NCBI RefSeq assembly: GCF_000196355.1
Contig: NC_007614.1
Location: 2,250,001 to 2,282,000 of the forward strand
Origin: Nitrosospira multiformis ATCC 25196
GTDB lineage: Bacteria; Pseudomonadota; Gammaproteobacteria; Burkholderiales; Nitrosomonadaceae
Direction of reading: 5' to 3'
DNA length: 32,000 bases
Every line of letters begins with the position of its first letter. Within the stretch, counting starts at the first letter, position 1. The position numbers and the translations under genes are program-made. Below are positions 9,446 to 18,600 of the stretch, one piece after another. The notes under the pieces were generated by a model, which did not search any database, was not told the origin of the DNA, and worked only from the letters and a program-made list of their open reading frames with translations.

Positions 9446-9791
9446 CGTTTTTTTGAATGTGGAAAAGACCCTGTGTGGGCGCCGAAGTTCCCCTTGGACG
9501 TATCGTATTCCCGCAGTTGGGGATTTTGCAAAATAAGGAAAATACTAGGGGTGAAGTAGACGGGCGAAGTTAAGTGCCGCTTTGTCTGTTGCCCGAAGCT
9601 TGCATAACGATCAATATCTCTCTACCTGAGTCGGGATGGATAAAGGGCCATCGTTTGCCCTGAATCTTTCATCGCCGCTCGCCCTGATCTTCGAGGCTGT
9701 TGATGGATCGAGGATCGAACGGTGTTCAGGACAAGCCCTTAGACCCCCTCAGAAGCTTGGGACAGGCTTGTGAGGGAAGGATCGGATGTGT

Positions 9792-10361
9792 TCAGATTTT
9801 TGGCAGTGTCACCCCATGCTGCCCCTGGTATTTCCCCCCCCTGTCCTTGTAAGAGGTCTCGCAGATCTCGTCAGATTCGAAAAAGATTACCTGCGCTACC
9901 CCTTCATTCGCGTAAATCTTTGCGGGAAGAGGTGTGGTATTGGAAAACTCCAGTGTAACGAAACCTTCCCACTCCGGCTCGAAGGGGGTGACGTTGACAA
10001 TGATGCCGCAACGGGCATAAGTGGATTTTCCGAGGCAAATGGTCAATACATTTCTCGGAATGCGAAAGTATTCAACTGTGCGGGCAAGCGCAAAGGAATT
10101 GGGCGGAATAAGACAGATGTTGCTTTTCACGTCGACAAAGGAGTTGGAATCGAAGTTTTTAGGATCCACGATGGCGGAGTTGATATTGGTGAACAGCTTG
10201 AATTCATCCGAGCAGCGAATGTCGTACCCATAACTCGAAGTGCCGTATGAAACGATCTTGTGTCCGTCAGGGGCATGCTTGACCTGGTTCGGCTCGAACG
10301 GCTCGATCATGCCGTGCTCCATCGCCATCCGGCGAATCCACTTATCCGACTTGATTGTCAT
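9792..10361 (-). CDS. dcd: dCTP deaminase
   Basis: [30 protein letters not shown] and [31 protein letters not shown] are typical Dcd sequence, and the 189-aa length fits. Confidence 0.95.
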   Translation of the reverse strand: MTIKSDKWIRRMAMEHGMIEPFEPNQVKHAPDGHKIVSYGTSSYGYDIRCSDEFKLFTNINSAIVDPKNFDSNSFVDVKSNICLIPPNSFALARTVEYFRIPRNVLTICLGKSTYARCGIIVNVTPFEPEWEGFVTLEFSNTTPLPAKIYANEGVAQVIFFESDEICETSYKDRGGKYQGQHGVTLPKI

Positions 10362-10466
10362 GTTGAAAAAAAGAATGCGAGGTGAACAGAATGTACAAGC
10401 GGGGGAAGACGGAAAGCAGCCAAACCTCCCCGCCTCCTTCCAGAGATCATCTTTCCATTTCCGGAA

Positions 10467-11555
10467 TCAGGTATCCTCAACCACAATCCTGGCGAACAGC
10501 GCGGAATGGTCCAACGACAACTCGTCGATTTTCATGGCGAGGCGGCGAGCGATACTGCGATAAATTTCCGATATTCGTCCGTCAGGCTCTGCAACGACTG
10601 TCGGATTTCCGGAATCGGTATGTTCGCGAATTTTTATATCGAGGGGCAACGCTCCCAACAATTCCACATCGTAATCCCTGCACATTTTTTCCGCGCCACC
10701 TGTGCCAAAAATATGCTCTTCATGCCCGCAGTTCGAGCAAATGTGCGTGCTCATATTTTCGATGATGCCAATTATGGGAATGCCTACTTTCTGGAACATC
10801 TTCAATCCCTTGCGGGCATCGAGCAACGCAATATCTTGAGGCGTCGTAACAATGACGGCCCCTGTCACCGGCACTTTCTGCGCAAGTGTCAACTGGATAT
10901 CGCCCGTTCCCGGCGGCATGTCCACAATGAGATAATCTATTTCCTCCCACCGGGTATCAGTCAGCAACTGCTGCAGAGCCTGGGTAACCATGGGCCCGCG
11001 CCACACCATCGGTGTTTCCGCATCGATCAGAAGCCCGATGGACATGGCCTGAATACCATGCGCTCTCATCGGTTCGATGGTCTTGCCATCGGGAGACTCC
11101 GGCCTGCCGGTAATGCCCAGCATTTGCGGTTGTGAGGGACCATAAATATCGGCGTCCAGTATCCCGACAGAAGCGCCTTCGGCTGCCAACGCCAGCGCAA
11201 GGTTGACTGCCGTGGCGGATTTGCCCACCCCGCCCTTCCCCGAGGCCACGGCAATGATATTCTTGACTCCCGGGATGAGCTTCACTCCCCGCTGAACTGC
11301 GTGGGAAACGATCTTGCTTGAAACATTGGCATTTACACTCCCGATTCCCGGAATGGCTTTGAGCTTTCCAATCACCTGAGCGCGAATATCCTCCATTACA
11401 CTTTTTGCGGGATAACCGAGCACAATATCCAGCGATACATTATTGCCCTCGATGACGATATTGCGCGCCTCGTTGGTGCTTATGTAATCCTTGCCCGTGG
11501 TGAGATCGGTAATTTCCCTGAGTGCGACCTGTATTTGCTGTTCTGTAATAGCCAT
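10467..11555 (-). CDS. apbC: Mrp/ApbC-family Fe-S cluster carrier ATPase
   Basis: It has an N-terminal DUF59-like region, the deviant Walker A VASGKGGVGKS, the CSNCGH cysteine motif and a 362-aa length. Confidence 0.93.
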   Translation of the reverse strand: MAITEQQIQVALREITDLTTGKDYISTNEARNIVIEGNNVSLDIVLGYPAKSVMEDIRAQVIGKLKAIPGIGSVNANVSSKIVSHAVQRGVKLIPGVKNIIAVASGKGGVGKSATAVNLALALAAEGASVGILDADIYGPSQPQMLGITGRPESPDGKTIEPMRAHGIQAMSIGLLIDAETPMVWRGPMVTQALQQLLTDTRWEEIDYLIVDMPPGTGDIQLTLAQKVPVTGAVIVTTPQDIALLDARKGLKMFQKVGIPIIGIIENMSTHICSNCGHEEHIFGTGGAEKMCRDYDVELLGALPLDIKIREHTDSGNPTVVAEPDGRISEIYRSIARRLAMKIDELSLDHSALFARIVVEDT

Positions 11556-11774
11556 TTTTTGAACTCCTTTGACTTGGGGCTACTGATGACCCGAATATTA
11601 ACAAATATCAAGGGTTCGCGAATCCTTCGAGGACGAGAACGGCCAGCCGGTGCTTGCTCCTCTCTTCGTGCATGGAAGAAGGCCAGGGGGAAAACTCGTG
11701 GTACGATGAACGGGTGATAAATGCATCAGAATATGACCAGTCAGTGTTTCAAAGATAAGATCAGATGGAATGCT

Positions 11775-11805
11775 TTGACTCGGAAGTGCATCAGTCTGAT
11801 ATAAT
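11775..11805 (+). promoter_or_regulatory. candidate promoter for tRNA-Arg
   Basis: TTGACT (11775-11780) is followed by an extended -10, TGATATAAT (11797-11805). The 19-nt spacer is longer than optimal. The element lies about 40 nt upstream of the tRNA 5' end. Confidence 0.35.
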
Positions 11806-11846
11806 CACGCACGGCACTGGATATGCCAGAGTAGTTACCAGTCATA

Positions 11847-11923
11847 GCGCCCGTAGCTCAGTTGGATAGAGTACTTGGCTACGAACCAAGGGGTCGTGGG
11901 TTCGAATCCTGCCGGGCGCGCCA
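11847..11923 (+). tRNA. tRNA-Arg (anticodon ACG)
   Basis: I folded the cloverleaf by hand. Acceptor stem GCGCCCG pairs with CGGGCGC. The D arm is GCTC-AGTTGGATA-GAGT. The anticodon arm is CTTGG-CTACGAA-CCAAG, giving anticodon ACG. The variable loop is GGGTC and the T arm is GTGGG-TTCGAAT-CCTGC. The discriminator G and an encoded CCA follow. Total length is 77 nt. Confidence 0.95.
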
Positions 11924-11929
11924 AAATCA

Positions 11930-11961
11930 AGGGGCTAGCGAAGGTTGCTAGCCCCTTTCTT
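11930..11961 (+). terminator. intrinsic terminator after tRNA-Arg
   Basis: A 10-bp stem pairs AGGGGCTAGC (11930-11939) with GCTAGCCCCT (11947-11956) around a 7-nt loop, followed by TTCTT. Confidence 0.7.
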
Positions 11962-12021
11962 GCTATTCACTCCTTCGTTTACTATTCAATGGCTTAACCC
12001 GGTCTGGTGTGCGGCGATAAA

Positions 12022-12428
12022 TTATCTCGATTGTACGCGCCCCCGCATGTGAGAGCAGTTCTTCATGCTCCAGAACCCGCGTTGCTCGCGCGCTGCCTTT
12101 CTTTTGCCTGGATTCCCACGCCAGTATTCAACAATTTCCCAATCTTCAATGTAGCGCGTTCTGGCTTTTTATCCTCAACTCGAACCTCAGCTTTAACCGG
12201 ATGAAGGTTGACGTATCCCCACTCGACTGCTTTGGTGTACGCATGACGAGCACTTCGCTCTCCTGATGAGCCGGCTGTACGCCCTCCGGTGATTTTGCCG
12301 GGCGCATTCGCTTTCTGCGCCGCGATCCTGGCGGCTTGCGCGTCCCAGCCCGAAGCATGTCGATCTAAGCCAGTGCGCACCGCCTCCGAACTCCGTACGA
12401 GAATGTTATGGGCACAGCATTGACTCAA
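12022..12428 (-). pseudogene. decayed tyrosine-recombinase (phage-type integrase) fragment, frameshifted and lacking the catalytic domain
   Basis: The 121-aa ORF contains ...AARIAAQKANAPGKITGG... and ...HAYTKAVEWGYVNLHPVKAEVRVEDKKPER. These resemble the N-terminal and SAM-like core-binding regions of integrases (pattern AVEWGll..NPv..vk..k...R.RyL..eEi). The expected continuation TRYIEDWEIVEYW is in a different frame from about 12160 and runs to a stop at 12024-12022. No R..HxxR..Y catalytic region is present. The fragment lies about 100 nt from the tRNA-Arg 3' end. Confidence 0.5.
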
Positions 12429-12511
12429 TGGATGAGAAAGGATGTCTCTTTTTTCTGTATGACTGAATGAGGTTCGTTAATCTGCTTCAGCATGAACATA
12501 GCAAAGAACAG

Positions 12512-12541
12512 TTGACGAAAAAAGACAACCGGTCGTATTAT
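12512..12541 (+). promoter_or_regulatory. candidate promoter of the TetR gene (would give a leaderless mRNA)
   Basis: TTGACG (12512-12517) is separated by 18 nt from TATTAT (12536-12541). The ATG at 12548 lies 7 nt after the -10 element, and there is no SD upstream of it. Confidence 0.35.
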
Positions 12542-12547
12542 TAATAC

Positions 12548-13156
12548 ATGACGCGATCTGCAAAAAAAGAAGCGAGCAGGGATAATCTGTTGAATCAGGG
12601 TGTAAGCATGCTCATGCGTCAGGGCTACCACGGTACTGGTCTCCAGGAAATTCTGGATGCGGTAAATATTCCCAAAGGCTCTTTTTATAATTACTTCGAC
12701 AGCAAGGAGGATTTTGGCGCCAAGGTTATCCAACATTACGTCGATCCTTTTATCACCCAGCTGACCACTCATTTACAACGCTCCGAGCCCGACGCACTGG
12801 GTGCAATACAGTGTTATTTTGATGAGCTTGTCGCGGAGCTGGAGAAAAACGATTTCAAGGGTGGCTGCCTCCTTGGGAATCTAATGGGCGAGATAGGTGA
12901 TACCAGTCCTCTTTGCCAGCAATCCCTCCAGACGGCTGTTACCCGGTATCGGGATTTGCTGCAATCTGGCTTGGTCAAGGCTCAGCAACAAGGCACGGTC
13001 AGAACAGACAAATCAGCGGTGGAGATGGCCGATTTATTAATAAATGCCTGGCAGGGAGCTTTGCTGAGAGCGAAGATCGAAAAATCGCCCGCACCTGTCA
13101 AGCAATGCTGTCAGGATCTGCTCGGAGATTTTTTCAGGCCTCCTGCATCTGGCTAA
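12548..13156 (+). CDS. TetR/AcrR-family transcriptional regulator
   Basis: The N-terminal HTH region is RDNLLNQGVSMLMRQGYHGTGLQEILDAVNIPKGSFYNYFDSKEDF. The 202-aa length and helical C-terminal ligand domain fit the family. Confidence 0.9.
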   Translation: MTRSAKKEASRDNLLNQGVSMLMRQGYHGTGLQEILDAVNIPKGSFYNYFDSKEDFGAKVIQHYVDPFITQLTTHLQRSEPDALGAIQCYFDELVAELEKNDFKGGCLLGNLMGEIGDTSPLCQQSLQTAVTRYRDLLQSGLVKAQQQGTVRTDKSAVEMADLLINAWQGALLRAKIEKSPAPVKQCCQDLLGDFFRPPASG

Positions 13157-13219
13157 TATTTTTTTCTCTTTTATTAAGACGACCAGTCATATATTTATTA
13201 ATCGAAACAAGAGGTATAA

Positions 13220-13498
13220 ATGCCCAAATTCATCATTGAACGTGAGATTCCCGAAGCAGGTTCGTTTACCGCTCAGGATCTGCAAGCCATTTCTGAGAAA
13301 TCATGCAACGTACTAGCCAACATGAGATCTCCGATTCAGTGGGTGGAAAGTTATGTGACCGATAACAAGGTTTACTGCATCTATATTGCACCCGATGAGA
13401 TGGCCATACGAGCCCACGCCGAACAAGGCGATTTTCCTGCAAATCGTGTTTCCCGCATCCTGTCTGTAATCGATCCCACCGCGGCAGAGCGTTGCTAG
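13220..13498 (+). CDS. DUF4242 (SCO4226-like) small protein
   Basis: MPKFIIEREIP...SYVTDNKVYCIYIAPDEMAIRAHAEQGDFPANRV fits the DUF4242 pattern as I recall it. An SD (AAGAGG) is present and the protein is 92 aa. Confidence 0.65.
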   Translation: MPKFIIEREIPEAGSFTAQDLQAISEKSCNVLANMRSPIQWVESYVTDNKVYCIYIAPDEMAIRAHAEQGDFPANRVSRILSVIDPTAAERC

Positions 13499-13565
13499 AA
13501 CGCGGAATTCGAGCAATAGAGTAAGCAATCCGCCCAACTGTAAAAATACTTTTAAGGAGATGTAC

Positions 13566-15311
13566 ATGGAATCCCGTGCTTTTAATTCCCTTATGATGGG
13601 ACTGGTATTGGCTGGGACAAGCGTCTTTTGCCCGTCCTCAGAAGCGCGTGACTCGGCTGTGGGCGAGCAAAGCCGAACCCCTGCGGCGCAGGGATCAAAC
13701 CACAAGCATTATGAAGCTTCACCCATGGCGAATCATCCAGGACCGGATGGGCAACTGGCCCCCAGGTTGCAGAACCTCGGCAATCATGCGTTTCCAGTCA
13801 GCACGCCAAATAAAAGAGCACAGCTCTTTATCAATCAGGGCATCAATCTGGCTTACGGCTTCAACCATGCCGAAGCGCGACGCGCATTCCGCGAAGCCGC
13901 GCGACTCGATCCCGCGCTGGCAATGGCATACTGGGGTCAGGCGCTGGTACTGGGCCCCAACATCAATGCCCCCATGGATCCCAACGATGAGCCCGATGCC
14001 TTGAAGCTGGTGCAAAAGGCGAAATCGCTGATGGAGTCGATCTCGGAAAGGGAACAGGCACTGATCAGAGCGCTGGAGAAACGTTATTCAGGCGATTCAG
14101 GGGATCGCGCGGCAAATGACAAGTCTTATGCTGAAGCAATGCGGACGGTCCATCGGCGTTTTCCCGCTGACCCTGATATCGCAATGCTCTATGTGGAATC
14201 AGTGATGGATCTCCGCCCCTGGGGATACTGGATGCGGGACGGCCATCCTCATGCGGGAACGGCTGAAATCGTGGCGCTGACCGAGGAAGTATTGCGCCGC
14301 CATCCCGCGCATCCCGCCGCATTGCACATGCAAATTCATCTAATGGAGCCCACGAACACGCCCGAGCGAGCGGAGAAAGCCGCGGATGTCCTGCTCCCGC
14401 TGATGCCTGCAGCGGGTCACATGATACACATGCCGTCGCACATTTATCAGCGGGTGGGACGGTATGGGGATGCGATAAAAAGCAACCGATTGGCAATAGC
14501 GGCCGACGAGGACTACATCGCTCAATGCCAGGCACAGGGACTGTACCCGATGGCCTACTACCCGCATAACATCCACTTTCTTTCGTTTTCTGCCACTGCA
14601 AACGGTCAAAGCAGAATGGCGATCGAATCCGCCCGCAAGACCGCCAGCAGGATAGACGATGCCACGCTGAAGGAAATGCCCCTGACTGCCGTGTTCCGCA
14701 TGACACCCTACTGGGCTCTCGCGAGGTTCGGACACTGGCAGGAGATACTCGATGAGCCCTCTCCTCCCGTCACGAACGCCTTCCTCAAGGGGAGCTGGCA
14801 TTATGTCCGGGGTCTCGCATTTGTCGCAACCGGGCGTCTTTCCCAAGCCGAGCAGGAACTGGGAACCTTGCGCGAGATCATGAAAGACCCGAGCCTGGAC
14901 GGTGCGCTTTTCTCCAAGAATACGCCGCGCACCGTGCTGAGGATTGCTCCGGAAGTACTGGCCGGTGAAATTGACGCCGCTCGCGGTAAATTCGATTCGG
15001 CCATAGCGCATCTTGAACGCGCGATCCGCTACGAGGATGCTCTGGTTTACACGGAACCCGCTGAGTGGCACTATCCGCCGCGGCTCGCGCTGGGCGCGAT
15101 CCTACTTGAAGCCGGATATCCCGATGAAGCAGAGACGGTCTACTGGAGCGACCTGCAACGCAATCGCGACAGTGGTTGGACTCTTTTCGGGCTGCTGCAG
15201 GCCCTGCGCGCCCAGAAAAAGGAAGCCGAAGCCGAAGTTATTGAGGCGCGCTTCAAAAGGGCATGGGAGCAGGCTGACGTAAAGCTGACGGCGTCACGCA
15301 TGGGGCGATAG
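13566..15311 (+). CDS. secreted TPR-like repeat protein of unknown function
   Basis: AAGGAG (13554-13559) is placed correctly for the ATG at 13566 and abuts the listed ATG at 13560. A signal-peptide-like N-terminus (MESRAFNSLMMGLVLAGTSVFCPSSEA) is followed by helical repeats, for example NHAEARRAFREAARLDPALAMAYWGQA. Confidence 0.75.
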   Translation: MESRAFNSLMMGLVLAGTSVFCPSSEARDSAVGEQSRTPAAQGSNHKHYEASPMANHPGPDGQLAPRLQNLGNHAFPVSTPNKRAQLFINQGINLAYGFNHAEARRAFREAARLDPALAMAYWGQALVLGPNINAPMDPNDEPDALKLVQKAKSLMESISEREQALIRALEKRYSGDSGDRAANDKSYAEAMRTVHRRFPADPDIAMLYVESVMDLRPWGYWMRDGHPHAGTAEIVALTEEVLRRHPAHPAALHMQIHLMEPTNTPERAEKAADVLLPLMPAAGHMIHMPSHIYQRVGRYGDAIKSNRLAIAADEDYIAQCQAQGLYPMAYYPHNIHFLSFSATANGQSRMAIESARKTASRIDDATLKEMPLTAVFRMTPYWALARFGHWQEILDEPSPPVTNAFLKGSWHYVRGLAFVATGRLSQAEQELGTLREIMKDPSLDGALFSKNTPRTVLRIAPEVLAGEIDAARGKFDSAIAHLERAIRYEDALVYTEPAEWHYPPRLALGAILLEAGYPDEAETVYWSDLQRNRDSGWTLFGLLQALRAQKKEAEAEVIEARFKRAWEQADVKLTASRMGR

Positions 15312-15629
15312 CGAAAACCCTGATAACCGCCGTCCGATGATACGGAGAAAATTTAGTTCTCGCTCCCGAGTCCCAAACTGGGTATTTCTTCCAATTTCGG
15401 AGGACGAGGCCGCGGAACTTATCGGGGAGCGCCGCACTCAACCTCCTCGATTTTTTTCTTTCTGATTGTTCTCGCCCCTTTGATGCTTGGGCAGTGACTA
15501 TTGGGGCTGGATCTGGGGCGTGGATCAAGGGCACTCGCATTACACTCTCATGATCATCGAAATCCTGCAGAGGATAGGCGGATTCTTCGGCTCCCTGTCA
15601 GTTCGACTTGGGTGGGCGTCCAATACGAT

Positions 15630-18600
15630 CTACGCCCGCTGTCCCGCCAGGTCCCCCGTCTCGAGCTTCAATGGTCCTTTGCCGGAGTATCGGTCCAGGT
15701 ATAGATAGATCACCGGTGTGATGAACAAGGTGATCACCTGAGAAAACAGTAGTCCACCCACCACGGCAAGACCCAGCGGCTGGCGCAGTTCCGCGCCTGC
15801 TCCCAATCCCAGGGCGATAGGAAGCGCACCCATCAGGGCCGCCAGAGTAGTCATCATGATTGGCCGGAATCGCAGCAGGCAAGCGGTCCTGATCGCTTCC
15901 TGAGGTGTCATCCCTTCGTTGCGTTGGGCATCGAGCGCGAAATCGATCATCATGATCGCGTTCTTTTTAACTATGCCGATCAGCATAAGGATGCCGATCA
16001 TGGCGATGATCGAGAGTTCCATATTGAACAGCCATAACATTCCCAAAGCTCCAACTGCAGCCGATGGCAGTCCTGAAAGGATCGTAACGGGATGGATATA
16101 GCTTTCATACAGCACACCAAGCAAAACATAGATGACCAGCAATGCGCCGATGATGAGTATCACCTGGCTTGCCTGTGAAGACTGGAATGCTGCCGCATCC
16201 CCCGCATAGCTCGTGAGAATGCTGGCGGGGACATTCAGTTCGCGCTTGAACTTCTCTATTCGGACAGAGGCTTCTCCCAGCGCGGCCCCGGGCGCGAGAT
16301 TGAACGAGATGGTCAACGACTCGAGCTGGCCGGAGTGGTTGATCGCAAGGGGTCCCACCTGGCGTTCAACCGATGCAACGCTGGAGAGTGGCACCAGCAT
16401 GCCGTTCTTGCCACGCAGATAGATTTTATCGAACGCACTCTCGTCGGCGCGGTCCTCCGATGCTACCTGCAGGATAACCGGATAACTGTCGCTGGAGGTA
16501 TAGATCGTCGACACCTGGCGCTCACCAAACGCGCTGTACAGCAGAGAACGTATATCGGACATCTGCACGCCCAGCAGATTGACTTTGTCACGATTGATAT
16601 TGAGTTGCGCCTGCAGCCCCTTCAACTGGGAATCACTGGTGACATCGCGGAATATCGGATCGGCACGCATGCGCGCCATCAAACCCTCTGCCGCACCGCG
16701 CAATTCCTCCGCGCGCACACTGCGCATGACATATTGATAACGGCTCTTGCTGGTGCGTCCTCCCAGCCTGAGATTCTGAATGGGATTGATGAAAACGTTG
16801 ACGCCAGGAATAGCGCTGACCTCGCGCCGCAAATCTTCCATTACCTTGTTGAGAGGGGGCCGTTCGCTCCGCGGCTTCAAGGTCATGAACAACCGGGCGC
16901 TATTGCTTTCGGTCGCATTGACGATGAGTGTGTCAACAGCCGGATTGGCGCGCATGATTTCCCCCGTTTGCTGCAACAATTCTGTCATGGCTGGAAAGGA
17001 AATGTCTTCAACCGCGTCCACGGTGATCAGCGCCTGTCCGATATCCTCCGTAGGGAAAAAACCTTTGGGCAAGACCACGAACAAGCCTGCCGTGGCAATG
17101 AAGGTGCCCATGGCAATGCCGAGCACGGTACGGCGATGAAGCAACGCGAGATCGAGGAAGCGTTCATAGACTCCCAGGGTACGGATGAATCCCCGCTCGA
17201 ACCAGGCGGTCCACTTCAGGCTTCTGCCCTCGGACTCGTGCTGGACGATATACCGGCTTGTCATCACGGGCACCAACGTGAGCGAGACAAGTGCCGACAT
17301 CATGATGGCGATGCCCACTACCCCTGCAAATTCATGAAAAAGCAGGCCGATTACTCCGGGCATGAAAAAAATCGGGATGAAGACGGCCACCAGCGAGAGG
17401 GAAATCGACATGATGGTAAAACTCACCTCTTTCGACCCCACCAGAGCCGCCTGCAAGGGCGGCATCCCCTCCTCGATATGACGAACGATATTTTCCAGCA
17501 TTACGATGGCATCATCCACGACCAGGCCGACCGCGAGCGTGATTGCCAGCAGGGAAATATTGTCCAGGCTGTAATCGAGCAGATACATCATCGCTACGGT
17601 TCCAAGCAGGGAGATCGGCAGCGACAGCGCCGGAATCAGCGTGGCGGAAGCCTTCCGCAGGAACAGGAAAATCACAAGTAGAACGAGTACGATCGTTACC
17701 GCCAGCGTCACCTGCACATCATGAATCGAGTCGCGAATCGAAACCGAGCGGTCGCTGGTCAGCTTGAGTTGCACCGACGAAGGCATTTGGGCGACCAGCG
17801 CCGGCAGGGCGGCTTTTATGGCATCCACGGTCGCCACTGTATTGGCGCCCGGCTGGCGCTGCACCGACAAGGTTATTGCCCGCTCCCCATTGGCCCAGCT
17901 TGCGGTCTTGACCGACTGAACGCTGTCTTCAACTTCCGCTACTTCCGAGAGGCGCACGGGGTTCCCTGCATCAGAGGTCGCTACGATCAGATCCGCGAAG
18001 GCTGCCGCGTTTCCGAGCTGGCGGTTGGCCTGAATGGTAAGCGTCTGACGCGGTCCCTCGAGAGTGCCTATCGGCGTATTGGCGTTGGCAGTTCCCAGCG
18101 CAGTGGCGATATCGTCCAGCGTCAAATTACGGACAGCAAGCGCTTCCGCATTGACATGGATACGTACGGCGTATTTTTTCTGGCCGTTGATCTGGACCTG
18201 CGCAACGCCCGAGAGCGTTGATAAAGTGGGAGCAATCAGGTCTTCGGCAAGGCTGTTCAGTTCCGACAACGACATCGAAGGCGATGTCAGCGTAAGAAAG
18301 AGGATGGGCGAGTCGGCAGGATTGATCTTGCGATACGAAGGGGGTGACGTCATCTCGATCGGGAGAGCGCGCTCGGCTCGCAGCAAGGCCGCCTGTACGT
18401 CAATTGCCGCGCTGTCGATATCCCGTTTCTGGTCAAATTCCAGGGTAATCGCAGTATTGCCAAGCGTGCTGGTGGAACTGATTACCGAAAGACCAGAGAT
18501 CGTCGAGAATTGCCGCTCCAGTGGGGTTGCCACAGAGGAAGCCATTGTCTCGGGACTGGCGCCCGGCAATACCGCTGCCACCGAAATAGTGGGCGAGTCA

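Noticed and set aside
14611-14636. GCGATCGAATCCGCCCGCAAG inside the TPR gene, which resembles the tRNA-Arg T-arm and 3' end (GGTTCGAATCCTGCCGGGCG); considered as a possible attR. A second candidate is CCGGGCGCG at about 16289-16297.
   Set aside because: Only short, interrupted identity is present, and both sites lie inside intact coding sequences. This is compatible with chance, so neither is a credible island boundary.
15397-15457. T7 tract (15451-15457) preceded by GGAGG/CCTCC pairing, considered as the terminator of the TPR gene
   Set aside because: The pairing is only 5-7 bp with a bulge and a loop of about 38 nt, which is too weak to list as a feature. It may still contribute to termination between the convergent TPR and RND genes.
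16335-17681. 448-aa plus-strand ORF, plus other long ORFs (15919-16101, 16780-17139, 17721-18221, 18064-18603), opposite the RND pump gene
   Set aside because: These ORFs lie wholly antisense to a gene with unmistakable RND homology. Their composition is Arg/His/Gln-rich and low-complexity, typical of shadow frames. They have no SD and no recognisable domain.
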